Notes: generated by a model not told the origin, from the letters alone. A DNA stretch of 46,567 nucleotides from an uncultured Bacilli bacterium (GCA_944373065.1 CALWAJ010000002.1:1-46567); one strand, 5' to 3'; numbered from the stretch's first letter, positions 34,776 through 44,271 are shown. A program made the numbers and translations.

Positions 34776-36021
34776 AGAATATTTAACAGTTACTCAGTTA
34801 ACTAAGTATATTAAATATAAGATAGATAATGATATTAACTTAAGAGAAGTTTATCTTAAAGGAGAAATATCTAACTTTAAAGCTCATACTAGAGGACACT
34901 TTTATTTTACTATCAAAGATGAAGGGAGTAGAATCAACGCTGTTATGTTTGCAAGTAGTGCTAGTAAAGTTAAATTTACTCCTGAAGATGGAATGAAAGT
35001 ACTAGTAACTGGAAGAATATCTGTTTATGAAGCTACAGGAGGTTATCAAATCTATGTTAATGAAATGATGGAAGATGGAGTAGGTAACCTTTATGTCGCT
35101 TTTGAACAATTAAAGAAAAAACTTGCTAGTGAAGGATTATTTGATGATAAATATAAAAAGCCTATACCTAAAATCCCCGAAAGAGTTGGCGTAATAACCG
35201 CTCCAACAGGTGCTGCCATTAGAGATATCATATCAACTATTAATAGAAGATTCCCACTAACTGAAGTAATACTTTTACCTAGTTTAGTACAAGGAGAAGG
35301 TGCTAAAGAAGATATTGTAAGGCAGATAAAACGAGCTGAGAATTATAACCTTGATGTTCTAATAGTAGGAAGAGGTGGAGGCTCTATTGAAGATTTATGG
35401 GCCTTTAATGAAGAAATAGTAGCAAGAGCAATATTTGAGTGTCCTATTCCTATAATCAGTGCCGTAGGTCATGAAATAGATTTTACTATTGCAGACTTTG
35501 TAGCAGACTTAAGAGCACCTACACCAACAGGGGCAGCAGAGATTGCTGTTCCTAATAAAGCAGATGTTATAAACTATATTAATCAGTTAAATTTAAGAAG
35601 CAGGAAAGCTGTAGGTAATATTTTAGAATTAAAGAAAAAAAGACTTGATAATATTAAGAGTAATTACATCTTAAATAATCCACTAGATTTATACTCTGCT
35701 AAAATTCAAAAACTTGATTATTTAACTGAAAGTTTAGTTAAAAATTATAAAAATATTATTGATAAAGAAAAAATTAAACTAAATAATATTAAAACAAGGC
35801 CATTATTTAGCAATCCCTTATTAATATTAGATAAGACTAAACAAAAATATACTTTATTACTTGGTAAATTAGATGCTTTATCTCCTTTAAAAACATTAGA
35901 AAGAGGTTATGGCATTATTAAACTTAATGATAAAGCTGTAACTAGTATAAAAGACTTAAAGAAAGATGATTTAATAAATATAGAATTAAAAGATGGCAGT
36001 AAGGAAGCCATTATAAAATAG
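34768..36021 (+). CDS. xseA: exodeoxyribonuclease VII large subunit
   Basis: OB-fold N-terminus (YLKGEISNFKAHTRGHFYFTIKD), VGVITAPTGAAIRD, and LIVGRGGGSIEDLWAFNEE. ATG 34768 follows GAGGAA. Confidence 0.9.
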   Translation: MNKEYLTVTQLTKYIKYKIDNDINLREVYLKGEISNFKAHTRGHFYFTIKDEGSRINAVMFASSASKVKFTPEDGMKVLVTGRISVYEATGGYQIYVNEMMEDGVGNLYVAFEQLKKKLASEGLFDDKYKKPIPKIPERVGVITAPTGAAIRDIISTINRRFPLTEVILLPSLVQGEGAKEDIVRQIKRAENYNLDVLIVGRGGGSIEDLWAFNEEIVARAIFECPIPIISAVGHEIDFTIADFVADLRAPTPTGAAEIAVPNKADVINYINQLNLRSRKAVGNILELKKKRLDNIKSNYILNNPLDLYSAKIQKLDYLTESLVKNYKNIIDKEKIKLNNIKTRPLFSNPLLILDKTKQKYTLLLGKLDALSPLKTLERGYGIIKLNDKAVTSIKDLKKDDLINIELKDGSKEAIIK

Positions 36022-36033
36022 GAGGAATTGATT

Positions 36034-36264
36034 ATGGAAAAGAAAGAAATAAAATTTGAAGAGAAAATAACAGAATTAGAAACACTTGTTAAAGCCTTAG
36101 AAAATGGTGACGTAGAACTAGATAAAGCGATAGATTATTTTACAAAAGCAACTAAACTTGCAGCATCTTGTGATAAAGATTTAAAAGAAGCAGAGAAAGC
36201 GCTAACATCTATTGTCAATGAAGATGGAAGTTTATCTGAGTTTAAAGGTGAAGTAGAAGCATAA
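36034..36264 (+). CDS. xseB: exodeoxyribonuclease VII small subunit
   Basis: FEEKITELETLVKALENGDVELDKAIDYF is the typical XseB helix pair. ATG lies 8 nt after GGAGG. Confidence 0.85.
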   Translation: MEKKEIKFEEKITELETLVKALENGDVELDKAIDYFTKATKLAASCDKDLKEAEKALTSIVNEDGSLSEFKGEVEA

Positions 36265-36278
36265 AAGGAGAGACAATT

Positions 36279-36938
36279 ATGGAAAAAATTAATTATAAAG
36301 AATTTAAAATGTTTTTAGATAGTGATGTAGATGAAGCAACATATTTTGGATATAGCAAAGAAGATTTAATTAGTTTGAAAGAACGTTTAGAAGGCTTAAG
36401 GGAACGCTTTGATGTATGTGAATCTAGAATAGAAGGAGATAGAGAAAAAATAGAACAAGCATATAATAATATAAGTGGTATTATCTATAATAATTATCGC
36501 AAAAGTCTAACTTTCAATGATGATAAATCTTCATATTATTTAACTAAAGATAAAGAAAAAAATATATATAAAATTAATTGGTATGCAAGTAGTGAATCAT
36601 CAATATTAACTAATATGAAACTAGTTAAATATAGAAGTCTTGGAAGAAAGTTTTCTAGAGAAATAGACAATATTGTAGAAAACAGTGTTAAATACTTTAA
36701 TAAAGAAAATACTATTGAATCAATAAGTTCAATATTTACTTTAGAAGATAACTATAAATCTTCATTATTAAATTGTAATAACCTTCCTTTCTTCTTTATT
36801 GATAAAAAAACTCTTATACCTGATAAATACATAATCATACCATTTGATGAAAATCTAGACGATAGAAAACAATTAACTATAGAAGATAAACAAAAACTAT
36901 TAACTAAAATAATGGTACCAAGAGGATTTTTAAATTAA
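36279..36938 (+). CDS. hypothetical protein (219 aa)
   Basis: AAGGAGAG SD. No recognisable domain. There is a weak resemblance (DKEKNIYKINWYASSES versus DKEKKYYITWSPDYES) to the N-domain of pentapeptide paralog 2. Confidence 0.65.
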   Translation: MEKINYKEFKMFLDSDVDEATYFGYSKEDLISLKERLEGLRERFDVCESRIEGDREKIEQAYNNISGIIYNNYRKSLTFNDDKSSYYLTKDKEKNIYKINWYASSESSILTNMKLVKYRSLGRKFSREIDNIVENSVKYFNKENTIESISSIFTLEDNYKSSLLNCNNLPFFFIDKKTLIPDKYIIIPFDENLDDRKQLTIEDKQKLLTKIMVPRGFLN

Positions 36939-36970
36939 ATAAGAGTGTTAGCATTAGCTAGCACTCTTAT
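36939..36970. terminator. Bidirectional hairpin between convergent genes
   Basis: ataagagtg / cactcttat outer stem plus an inner tagc/gcta stem. The right arm lies within the last codons of spoIVB. Confidence 0.6.
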
Positions 36971-37961
36971 CTCCTTCTTCTAACATTGTTATTATAAAAA
37001 TACCATACCCTTTCTTTGCATCACTTACAATAACATGAGTAACCGCTCCAATTATCTTATTATTCTGAATAATAGGTGAGCCACTCATACCTTGGATTAC
37101 ACCTCCGGTTTCATTTAAAAGTTCATCATCTGTTATTTCGAAAAGAATATTTTTAATATCACTATCTTTATTAATATTTAAAATATTTATATTATATTCT
37201 TTTACTTCATTACCGTTTATAACAGTTCTTATTACTGCTTTACCTTTCTTAACATCATCCTTTGTTCCTACTTCTAAAGCCTCAGTTTCTAATAATTCGC
37301 TCGTATATTTTCCAAAAATACCAGCTTCTTCATTAGAATTAATCTTACCATAAGTTACAGATTCATCATAAGTTGCATTTTTCTCTCCAGGTGATCCGTT
37401 TTCACTTTTAGTATTATCAGTTACTGTTGCTTTAAATATTTTACCATCTTTAATTTCAAATCTTTCACCAGTAGTTCTCTCTGTAATTTCATGCCCTAAT
37501 GCTCCGAAAATAGTTGTCTTAGGATCAATATAGGTTAAAGTACCAATTCCTGTTATTTCATCTTTTACATAAAGACCAGTTTTGCAAACATTATTACTAT
37601 CACAGATCATATTTAAATTTAATGTCGAAGACTTACTATCACGAGTAATTGTTACCTCTAACTCATTACTATCTTTCGCTTCTTCATTAACAACATTGAC
37701 CATTTCATTAATACTATCTACTTTAGTACCATTTATCTTTGTAATAGCATCACCAATTTCAAATCCTGCATCTTTTCCAATATATCTATTATCAACTTCA
37801 TAAAAGCCTACAACTAAAACACCGTCAGAATTGACTTCTATACCAATGGTTTCTCCACCTGGGATAATATATTTGGAATAAGCATAGATATTTATGGGCA
37901 TAATAAAGAGTATAAGAAGAGGAAAAATTATTTGTAGCTTTAATTTTTTAAAAAAATGCAT
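36954..37961 (-). CDS. spoIVB: SpoIVB peptidase (S55 family)
   Basis: Signal anchor, PDZ segment (GDAITKINGTKV), catalytic His (GALGHEI) and Ser (GMSGSPII). Start set to ATG 37961, 8 nt after AAGGAG. Confidence 0.9.
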   Translation of the reverse strand: MHFFKKLKLQIIFPLLILFIMPINIYAYSKYIIPGGETIGIEVNSDGVLVVGFYEVDNRYIGKDAGFEIGDAITKINGTKVDSINEMVNVVNEEAKDSNELEVTITRDSKSSTLNLNMICDSNNVCKTGLYVKDEITGIGTLTYIDPKTTIFGALGHEITERTTGERFEIKDGKIFKATVTDNTKSENGSPGEKNATYDESVTYGKINSNEEAGIFGKYTSELLETEALEVGTKDDVKKGKAVIRTVINGNEVKEYNINILNINKDSDIKNILFEITDDELLNETGGVIQGMSGSPIIQNNKIIGAVTHVIVSDAKKGYGIFIITMLEEGDKSAS

Positions 37962-38080
37962 TTTAATCACTCCTTAGCTACATTACTATTATGGAGCGTT
38001 TTATAAAAAAAAAGACGTGTTAAATCTTGCCAATATTAAACAAATATGATATAATAATAGCCACTTATAGGGGGAATAAT

Positions 38081-38383
38081 ATGAAAGTATGGAAAACAGC
38101 TAAATTTTTAAAAAAAGATAAAAATATAGATTTAATTACAAGAAGTTATATAAATTATATTTATAAATATGGTCCAATTAATGATATTATTAGAAAATAT
38201 AATATAAATCCTAGTGATATTTATAAACTTAATCAATATACTGCTGATAGAATTGCTGGACTTATTTTATTATATCTTGCTAAAGATGAAAAAAGACTTA
38301 ATGATATAGTTTTAAAATATGATACTAGTGATTTATTGGTTAGTGATATAACACCAGAAATAGAAGGATATATAGAAAGGTAA
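38081..38383 (+). CDS. hypothetical protein (100 aa)
   Basis: ATG 38081 lies 6 nt after AGGGGG. tgatataat -10 at 38047-38055. No recognisable motif. Confidence 0.6.
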   Translation: MKVWKTAKFLKKDKNIDLITRSYINYIYKYGPINDIIRKYNINPSDIYKLNQYTADRIAGLILLYLAKDEKRLNDIVLKYDTSDLLVSDITPEIEGYIER

Positions 38384-38392
38384 GGGGAATTT

Positions 38393-38500
38393 ATGGAAGC
38401 AAAAAAAGTAAAAGGAAATTACAATAAAAAGAAAAATATAAAAAAAGTAAATTGTCTATCTAACAGTAAAAGAGTTAATACAACAAAGTTATTTAAGTAA
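38393..38500 (+). CDS. possible small basic ORF (35 aa), not in the ORF track
   Basis: MEAKKVKGNYNKKKNIKKVNCLSNSKRVNTTKLFK. AAGGGG SD lies 6 nt upstream. The sequence is low-complexity, so it could be a non-coding 3' UTR. Confidence 0.25.
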   Translation: MEAKKVKGNYNKKKNIKKVNCLSNSKRVNTTKLFK

Positions 38501-38512
38501 TAAAACAAAAAA

Positions 38513-38540
38513 AGAAATAGATGAAACAAAGTCTATTTCT
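38513..38540. terminator. Bidirectional terminator shared by convergent small ORFs
   Basis: agaaataga / tctatttct 9-bp stem with a 10-nt loop. An A-run lies upstream and a T-run downstream. Confidence 0.7.
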
Positions 38541-38542
38541 TT

Positions 38543-38635
38543 TTATATTACATAATAAAATATTACACTAATTACTCCTGCTAATATAGCTATTAACATA
38601 ATAGCAGAAATTATCTTTACCATTTTCTGATTCAT
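38543..38635 (-). CDS. small hydrophobic membrane peptide (30 aa), not in the ORF track
   Basis: MNQKMVKIISAIMLIAILAGVISVIFYYVI. It has a GAGGTG SD (38640-38645), its own TTTACA-N17-TATAAT promoter, and a terminator immediately after the stop. Confidence 0.55.
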   Translation of the reverse strand: MNQKMVKIISAIMLIAILAGVISVIFYYVI

Positions 38636-38652
38636 AATGCACCTCAAAATTA

Positions 38653-38681
38653 ATTATATATAAAAAGTCTATATTTGTAAA
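38653..38681 (-). promoter_or_regulatory. sigma-A-type promoter for the small hydrophobic peptide gene
   Basis: On the minus strand: TTTACA (38681-38676), a 17-nt spacer, then TATAAT (38658-38653). Confidence 0.6.
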
Positions 38682-38735
38682 ATGTTTTTTGTAAATAATA
38701 AATTATTCTTGAATAATCTTTACTAGGTGATAATA

Positions 38736-39365
38736 ATGGATCTAAAAATTAAAAATGTAAAAAATAAAGTAACAAATAAGCTAGAAGAACAAAAGAAAAT
38801 ATACATATTCTTAATAATTATTATGCTAATAGGATTAATAGGTGGCATTATTTATGCTGTAATATTAAATAAAAGTGATCATAATCTTGTAACGACAAGT
38901 CTAGACAGTTTCTTTACTAGTATTAAAAATAATGATATAGATTATAAAAATGCTCTCATTAATAGCTTAATAGGTAATATAGCATTCGTAACCTTTATCT
39001 TTCTACTTGGTATCTCTATAATAGGAATTCCCTTAATAATCATGAGTTTAGCTATATCATCATTTATATTTGGCTTTTCTTTATCTTCTATTATTTATAC
39101 ATACCATTTAAATGGCATTTTAAGGGCTATTACGTACTTGTTTCCTCATCAGATTATTACTTTATTAATGAGCTTGTTTTTAGGCTTCTATGCCCTTTAT
39201 TTTGGTATTAAATTATTTAAATATTTATTTAGAGGAGTAGATATAAACTTAAGAAGCTCTATGAAAAGATATTTACAAGTATATATAACAGTCTTAATAT
39301 TCTTTATAGGATGTAGTTTCTTAGAAGTATTCTTATCTCCTGCTTTAATTAAATTAGTTATTTAA
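38736..39365 (+). CDS. spoIIM: stage II sporulation protein M
   Basis: Colinear with Bacillus SpoIIM: LGISIIGIPLII (Bacillus LGISVIGLPLIF), FPHQI (LPQNL) and EVFLSPALI (EAYLSPVLM). About 5 transmembrane helices. ATG 38736 follows TAGGTGA. Confidence 0.85.
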   Translation: MDLKIKNVKNKVTNKLEEQKKIYIFLIIIMLIGLIGGIIYAVILNKSDHNLVTTSLDSFFTSIKNNDIDYKNALINSLIGNIAFVTFIFLLGISIIGIPLIIMSLAISSFIFGFSLSSIIYTYHLNGILRAITYLFPHQIITLLMSLFLGFYALYFGIKLFKYLFRGVDINLRSSMKRYLQVYITVLIFFIGCSFLEVFLSPALIKLVI

Positions 39366-41110
39366 TGTTTATTATTAACTTTTCCATCTTCAATTAAATT
39401 ACCATTAATATGTCTTCTTAAAGCTTGTTTATATACTTTAGTATAAAGAGGAATATTATTACTCTTTAAATAGTTAATAGTATCTCTTTTCTCATCATTA
39501 CTAACTTCATAAGGCATATCATTTATCATAAAAACAGTACTTCCACTAAGTTCTGTAGAGGTTTTAATCTTCGTAGTTAATTTATTTTTAGCAAAGAAAA
39601 TTTTAATACTTCTTAATTGTTCTTTACTAGCTTTAGGATTAATTTTAAGATATATATCTATAAAATCATTAAAATCTAATTTAGTAGCAAGAAAATAATC
39701 AAGTATTTCAAAAGGTCTAACTTCATCATCACTAACTTTAATACCATTTATAATATTATCTACAATTGTATTTACTTTATTACTTAATATGGCATATCTT
39801 TGCTTTTTTAAATTATTTATTTTGTCTTTTATTTTTAAATACATATCTTCATCTAAAGACTCTAAACATTCAAAAGCAGCATAAAATTCGTTTTTAGTTA
39901 TATTCATAATTTCACAAAATTCCTCAATAGTTTTAACATCAGGATTTAGCAAAATATTAAAATTTATTTTCTCATAAGCATCAACAATAGTTTTCTTTTT
40001 ATTACTAGCTTTTATATCATTTTTTATCATATGTATTTTAGCAAGTAACGATTTTTGCAACTGTTCTTTTTCCTCCATACTTAAAGTAATTCTATAAATA
40101 GAAAGGAATCGTTTTATATTTACATTCGCCAAAAGGTCATTGTTGTTTTTAACAATTAATTTTATTTCTTCTTTATCATTAGTTTTCTCTAATTTACTTA
40201 AAGCAATAGAGTAGTGAACATATTTATGTTCTTCCAACAGACTTGAAACAGCCATATTAACTTTTTTCATTATATTTTCTTTCTCTTCTGAAGAATAAAT
40301 AAAAGATCTATAATTATTTATAATTTGTGAAGCCTCATATGGTGTAATATGATTTTTTAAAACGATGGATTTTATATCATTTAAATCATTACTATACAAT
40401 ATATTAGAAATACAGTTATCTAAATTAATAAAATTAGAAAGACGACTACAATTTGCATCAATAGATCTTATTCTTTGATTAACTTCCTCTAAAGAAATAT
40501 TCAAATAAAGAAAAGCATAAGCTCTAACAAAGTCCTTAAATACGTCATAGTCAATTCCATATTTCTTTACAAAGCTCTTCTTCCTATCATAATACTCTTC
40601 CTTTAAAGAATAATTATCTAAAGTAAAATAAACGTTATAAGCTTCCTCTAACATTTTTTTATCAACATTACTATATTTATCTTTAATTTCTTTCTCTTTA
40701 TTATATATATTTAAATTTTCAACCAAAACTTTATCATCAATTAAATCATTATTAACTAAAAAATGATATCTTTCAAGACACTTGAAATAGATAGATTTAT
40801 CTATTCCTTCTAAAGTTTCTTTTTTAAATAAATTAAAATACATATCTCCATATAATGTATATGTATAAAATAAAAGGCTATCTATCTTATAAACATTTTT
40901 CTCATATGAATTTGTAACAGGATATTCTTCTACTTTAGATAATATTTTAGGTAAATATTTTTTAATAGCAATTATATATTTATCAAAAAAATCATGTTTT
41001 AACTTCGAATCTTTTAAAGTGAGATAATATTCCAAAGCTTCTTTAAAAGACACTTCATTTAAACTTTCAATATCAAGATCTATAATTTTATCAAATGCTT
41101 CTTTTTTCAT
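39362..41110 (-). CDS. hypothetical protein (582 aa); C-terminal domain shared with the product of 20326..21597
   Basis: Long ORF with a GGAGGGG SD and helical-looking composition. See 20326..21597 for the shared C-terminal motifs. Confidence 0.7.
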   Translation of the reverse strand: MKKEAFDKIIDLDIESLNEVSFKEALEYYLTLKDSKLKHDFFDKYIIAIKKYLPKILSKVEEYPVTNSYEKNVYKIDSLLFYTYTLYGDMYFNLFKKETLEGIDKSIYFKCLERYHFLVNNDLIDDKVLVENLNIYNKEKEIKDKYSNVDKKMLEEAYNVYFTLDNYSLKEEYYDRKKSFVKKYGIDYDVFKDFVRAYAFLYLNISLEEVNQRIRSIDANCSRLSNFINLDNCISNILYSNDLNDIKSIVLKNHITPYEASQIINNYRSFIYSSEEKENIMKKVNMAVSSLLEEHKYVHYSIALSKLEKTNDKEEIKLIVKNNNDLLANVNIKRFLSIYRITLSMEEKEQLQKSLLAKIHMIKNDIKASNKKKTIVDAYEKINFNILLNPDVKTIEEFCEIMNITKNEFYAAFECLESLDEDMYLKIKDKINNLKKQRYAILSNKVNTIVDNIINGIKVSDDEVRPFEILDYFLATKLDFNDFIDIYLKINPKASKEQLRSIKIFFAKNKLTTKIKTSTELSGSTVFMINDMPYEVSNDEKRDTINYLKSNNIPLYTKVYKQALRRHINGNLIEDGKVNNKH

Positions 41111-41205
41111 AAACCCCTCCTAAAAATGCTTTATTATTATATCACAAATTTATTGAAATGAAAAGAAAAATATAGTATAATTAGCATGAATTAGAGGTGA
41201 GTAGT

Positions 41206-42315
41206 TTGAAAAAAGTTGTTGTTGGAATATCAGGAGGAGTTGATTCCTCTGTTGCCGCCCTTTTATTAAAAAAACAAGGCTATGATGTAATAGGTTTATT
41301 TATGAGAAATTGGGATAGTTCTATTAACAATGATTTTTTAGGTAATCCCAATTTAAATAACAATATTTGTCCCCAAGAAGAAGATTATAATGATGCCAAA
41401 GCAGTATGTGACAAGTTAGAAATACCATTACATAGAGTTGATTTCATTAAAGAGTATTGGGATGATGTCTTTACTTATTTTCTAGATGAATTAAAAAAAG
41501 GAAGAACTCCTAATCCCGATATTATGTGTAATAAGTATATTAAGTTTGATTTATTTGTAAAAGAAGCGAAAAAGTTAGGAGCTGATTATATCGCTACAGG
41601 TCATTATGCCAAAATACAAAACGGAAGACTAATGAGAAGTCATGAACACAATAAAGATCAAACATATTTCCTATCGCAGGTAAGTAAAGAACAATTAAAA
41701 AATGTTTTATTTCCTTTAGGTGATATAGATGATAAAAAAGAAGTAAGAAAAATAGCCGAAGAATATGGACTTGTAACTGCTAAAAAGAAAGATTCTACAG
41801 GTATTTGTTTTATAGGAGAAAGAAATTTTAAAAACTTTTTAAAAAACTATTTACCTAACAAGAAAGGCAATATTGTAAATATAGATACCAATGAAGTATT
41901 AGGAGAACATATTGGGCTTATGTATTATACAATAGGGCAGAGAAGGGGACTAGATGTAGGTGGTACAAAAGATAAATTATTTGTTGTTGGCAAAGATTTA
42001 AATAAAAACATTTTATATGTAGCGGAAGGTGAAGATAACAAGTACCTATATTCAGATAGTGCTATTTTAGAAAATATTAATTTTAATTGTGATGAAAGAC
42101 CAGTAAAATGCACTGCTAAATTTAGATATCGTTCTAAAGACGTTCCTATTACTTTAGAATATTTAGATAATGGGGAAATACTTGTAAGATATGATAATGT
42201 TAAGGCCGTAACTCCCGGTCAAGCTTGCGTTTTTTATGATGGAGATTATTGTCTTGGTGGCGGAATTGTTAAAGAAGTAAGAAAAGATAATAAAAAACTT
42301 TGGTATCTTCTTTAA
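41206..42315 (+). CDS. mnmA: tRNA 2-thiouridine(34) synthase
   Basis: PP-loop [12 protein letters not shown], catalytic Cys motifs [12 protein letters not shown] and [11 protein letters not shown] 41206 lies 6 nt after GAGGTG. GTG 41197 is an alternative start. Confidence 0.9.
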   Translation: MKKVVVGISGGVDSSVAALLLKKQGYDVIGLFMRNWDSSINNDFLGNPNLNNNICPQEEDYNDAKAVCDKLEIPLHRVDFIKEYWDDVFTYFLDELKKGRTPNPDIMCNKYIKFDLFVKEAKKLGADYIATGHYAKIQNGRLMRSHEHNKDQTYFLSQVSKEQLKNVLFPLGDIDDKKEVRKIAEEYGLVTAKKKDSTGICFIGERNFKNFLKNYLPNKKGNIVNIDTNEVLGEHIGLMYYTIGQRRGLDVGGTKDKLFVVGKDLNKNILYVAEGEDNKYLYSDSAILENINFNCDERPVKCTAKFRYRSKDVPITLEYLDNGEILVRYDNVKAVTPGQACVFYDGDYCLGGGIVKEVRKDNKKLWYLL

Positions 42316-42342
42316 TTACTTAGTCATTTTACAGATTTTTAC

Positions 42343-42371
42343 TTGACTATTCTTGTCAAACTAATTAAAAT
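42343..42371 (+). promoter_or_regulatory. Promoter with an overlapping palindrome (possible operator)
   Basis: TTGACT (42343-42348), 17-nt spacer, TAAAAT (42366-42371). The inverted repeat TTGAC-N7-GTCAA (42343-42359) covers the -35. Confidence 0.55.
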
Positions 42372-42388
42372 GATTATAGGAGGTTAGC

Positions 42389-43156
42389 ATGAAAAGAGTA
42401 AACGAACTATTGGTTGAACTAGGTATATCTAAAGTAAGATTAGCAAAATATTTAGGAGTATCAAGACAAATGCTATATAACTATCTTGCTATGGATAGTT
42501 TATCACTATGGCCTAAAGAAAAAGTTGTAAGGCTACTTGCTTTATTAAATGTAGATGATGAAGATGGAGTAAATAATATAAATGTAACTAGTGATTATAT
42601 TATAGATGTCGAAAGAAGGCTTAATGAAGGAGTAAAAGACTCTTCAAATAGAGAAGTTTTAGCAGACTTAAAGAATTTTAACAAGAAAGATCAAGAAATA
42701 TTAGCAGATATTATAAATTTATTAAAAGAAAAATTAGCTGAAGACAAGACTAAGAACACATATAATACTTATGTATATTTATATCATTACTTACAATCAA
42801 TGGAAACAGCAGATGAATTAAAATACATTTTAGCATATATGTCAAAGTCAATGGGATTTACTAATCCTTCAGAATTTGCTTTCAATGAAGATAAACAATT
42901 TATTTTTGAAAGTATTTTATTCTCAGCAATGACTTTATATCACAATGGAGGGGCATCAAAAAATAAGATTGCTGAAACACACAAAAGATTTGTTCAAGAT
43001 ATTGAAATGAAAAAAGAAGAGAAGTTAAGTAGAACCCAAGAGTTAAACACAGCTAAAGTACAAGCTTTAAGAGAACTTGGATATAGTGAGATTAATGAGA
43101 CTAATGCTAAAGAAGTTCTTGAAAAAATAGCGGAAATACAATCAAGGAAAGTATAA
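42389..43156 (+). CDS. HTH-domain protein (XRE-like N-terminus, 255 aa)
   Basis: N-terminal LGISKVRLAKYLGVSRQMLYNYL is a helix-turn-helix pattern. The remainder is unassigned. AGGAGG SD. Confidence 0.65.
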   Translation: MKRVNELLVELGISKVRLAKYLGVSRQMLYNYLAMDSLSLWPKEKVVRLLALLNVDDEDGVNNINVTSDYIIDVERRLNEGVKDSSNREVLADLKNFNKKDQEILADIINLLKEKLAEDKTKNTYNTYVYLYHYLQSMETADELKYILAYMSKSMGFTNPSEFAFNEDKQFIFESILFSAMTLYHNGGASKNKIAETHKRFVQDIEMKKEEKLSRTQELNTAKVQALRELGYSEINETNAKEVLEKIAEIQSRKV

Positions 43157-43159
43157 GCT

Positions 43160-44242
43160 ATGTATAATGACATATTTCCAAAAGAAGCCATAGAGCTTTA
43201 TTTAATATTAAATTTAGATACAAATAACTCTTATATGGAAGATGTTTTTTATCTTATATATCATCTTTCTAAAACTGAAAATATTAGAGATACTATTTAT
43301 AATATAAAAAGCATTCTTTTAAAAAACAATTCTATTTATGATATTGAAAAATATTATTTATCTAATGAACAATTAAAGTGTTTATATTATAATTTTAGCA
43401 TTAGTGAATATCTAAAAGATAATACCATAAAAAAAGAATATACTAATGTTTATATCGAAATAAAAAAAATATATATAAATAATAACTTGGATAACATAAT
43501 AAATATTTATAATGCCAAACAAAAACTATATAATGTTTTAGATAACTTATCATCTGATAAAAAAAGTAGTGAAGAGTTTTATAAATTAATAAACATTATA
43601 TCCAATTATACAGATAAAAATGACTTAAAATCTTATTGTGATTATTATGAAAGTAAAAACACCTTAATATCAAAAACATTTGATTTTAAAAGGGGAAAAT
43701 TTAAGTTTAATCAATTAAATCAAATAAAAAACTTAAAAAATATAGCTTTAAAAAGTAAAAAAATCCCTAAAAATATTTTCAAATATAATGAAATACTAAA
43801 AGAAAAGAAAAAAACAATAATTACTTATTACATAAAATCAGCATTTTTCCAAATTATAGTTATGTTATTCTTATTTTTCATTTTTCATCCAATTGAATTA
43901 TTAAAAAGCTATATAAGTAGTAATAATACAAATTTATTACCACCCCTTATTGTTTATTTGATTATTAATATATTTATCATTGTATGTCTATTTATTAACA
44001 TATCATCTGTCATTAAAACAAATTCAAATAAGATAAAAACTGCCAATAATGGCTATATAAGCAACATAAGTACTTCAGCAAGTACTAGATATAATATAAT
44101 TACAATATATTTTCCAATATATAATGCACATTTAAATGTAACTTTTAAGCAGCTTACCTCAAAGAATGTATCTATAATGGATAAAGTATTAGTAATAAAA
44201 ATTCACAATAAATATCTGTGTATTCCTAACAATAACAATTAG
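43160..44242 (+). CDS. hypothetical membrane protein (360 aa)
   Basis: Starts 3 nt after the HTH gene stop. Two strongly hydrophobic helices in the C-terminal third. Confidence 0.6.
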   Translation: MYNDIFPKEAIELYLILNLDTNNSYMEDVFYLIYHLSKTENIRDTIYNIKSILLKNNSIYDIEKYYLSNEQLKCLYYNFSISEYLKDNTIKKEYTNVYIEIKKIYINNNLDNIINIYNAKQKLYNVLDNLSSDKKSSEEFYKLINIISNYTDKNDLKSYCDYYESKNTLISKTFDFKRGKFKFNQLNQIKNLKNIALKSKKIPKNIFKYNEILKEKKKTIITYYIKSAFFQIIVMLFLFFIFHPIELLKSYISSNNTNLLPPLIVYLIINIFIIVCLFINISSVIKTNSNKIKTANNGYISNISTSASTRYNIITIYFPIYNAHLNVTFKQLTSKNVSIMDKVLVIKIHNKYLCIPNNNN

Positions 44243-44247
44243 TACTT

Positions 44248-44271
44248 AACTAGATTTATATCTAGTTTTTT
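44248..44271 (+). terminator. Rho-independent terminator
   Basis: aactaga / tctagtt stem with a 6-nt loop, followed by a T-run. Confidence 0.65.

Noticed and set aside
37987-37993. Sigma-G/F-type promoter for spoIVB, based on a CATAATA heptamer on the minus strand 26 nt upstream of the start.
   Set aside because: Only a -10-like element is present. I found no convincing -35 (GnATA) at the right spacing.
2191-43191. Antisense or overlapping ORFs from the track: 2191-2445, 2925-3194, 5135-5326, 8727-9011, 10246-10455, 14194-14427, 15050-15310, 18424-18735, 31817-32017, 32053-32283, 33060-33359, 34235-34441, 37582-37803, 41925-42113 and 42994-43191.
   Set aside because: Almost all lie opposite, or out of frame with, a well-supported longer gene; 5135-5326 and 34235-34441 lie mainly in non-coding spacers. 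They lack SD sequences and have Leu/Ile/Ser/Phe-rich shadow-frame composition, as expected from AT-rich DNA.
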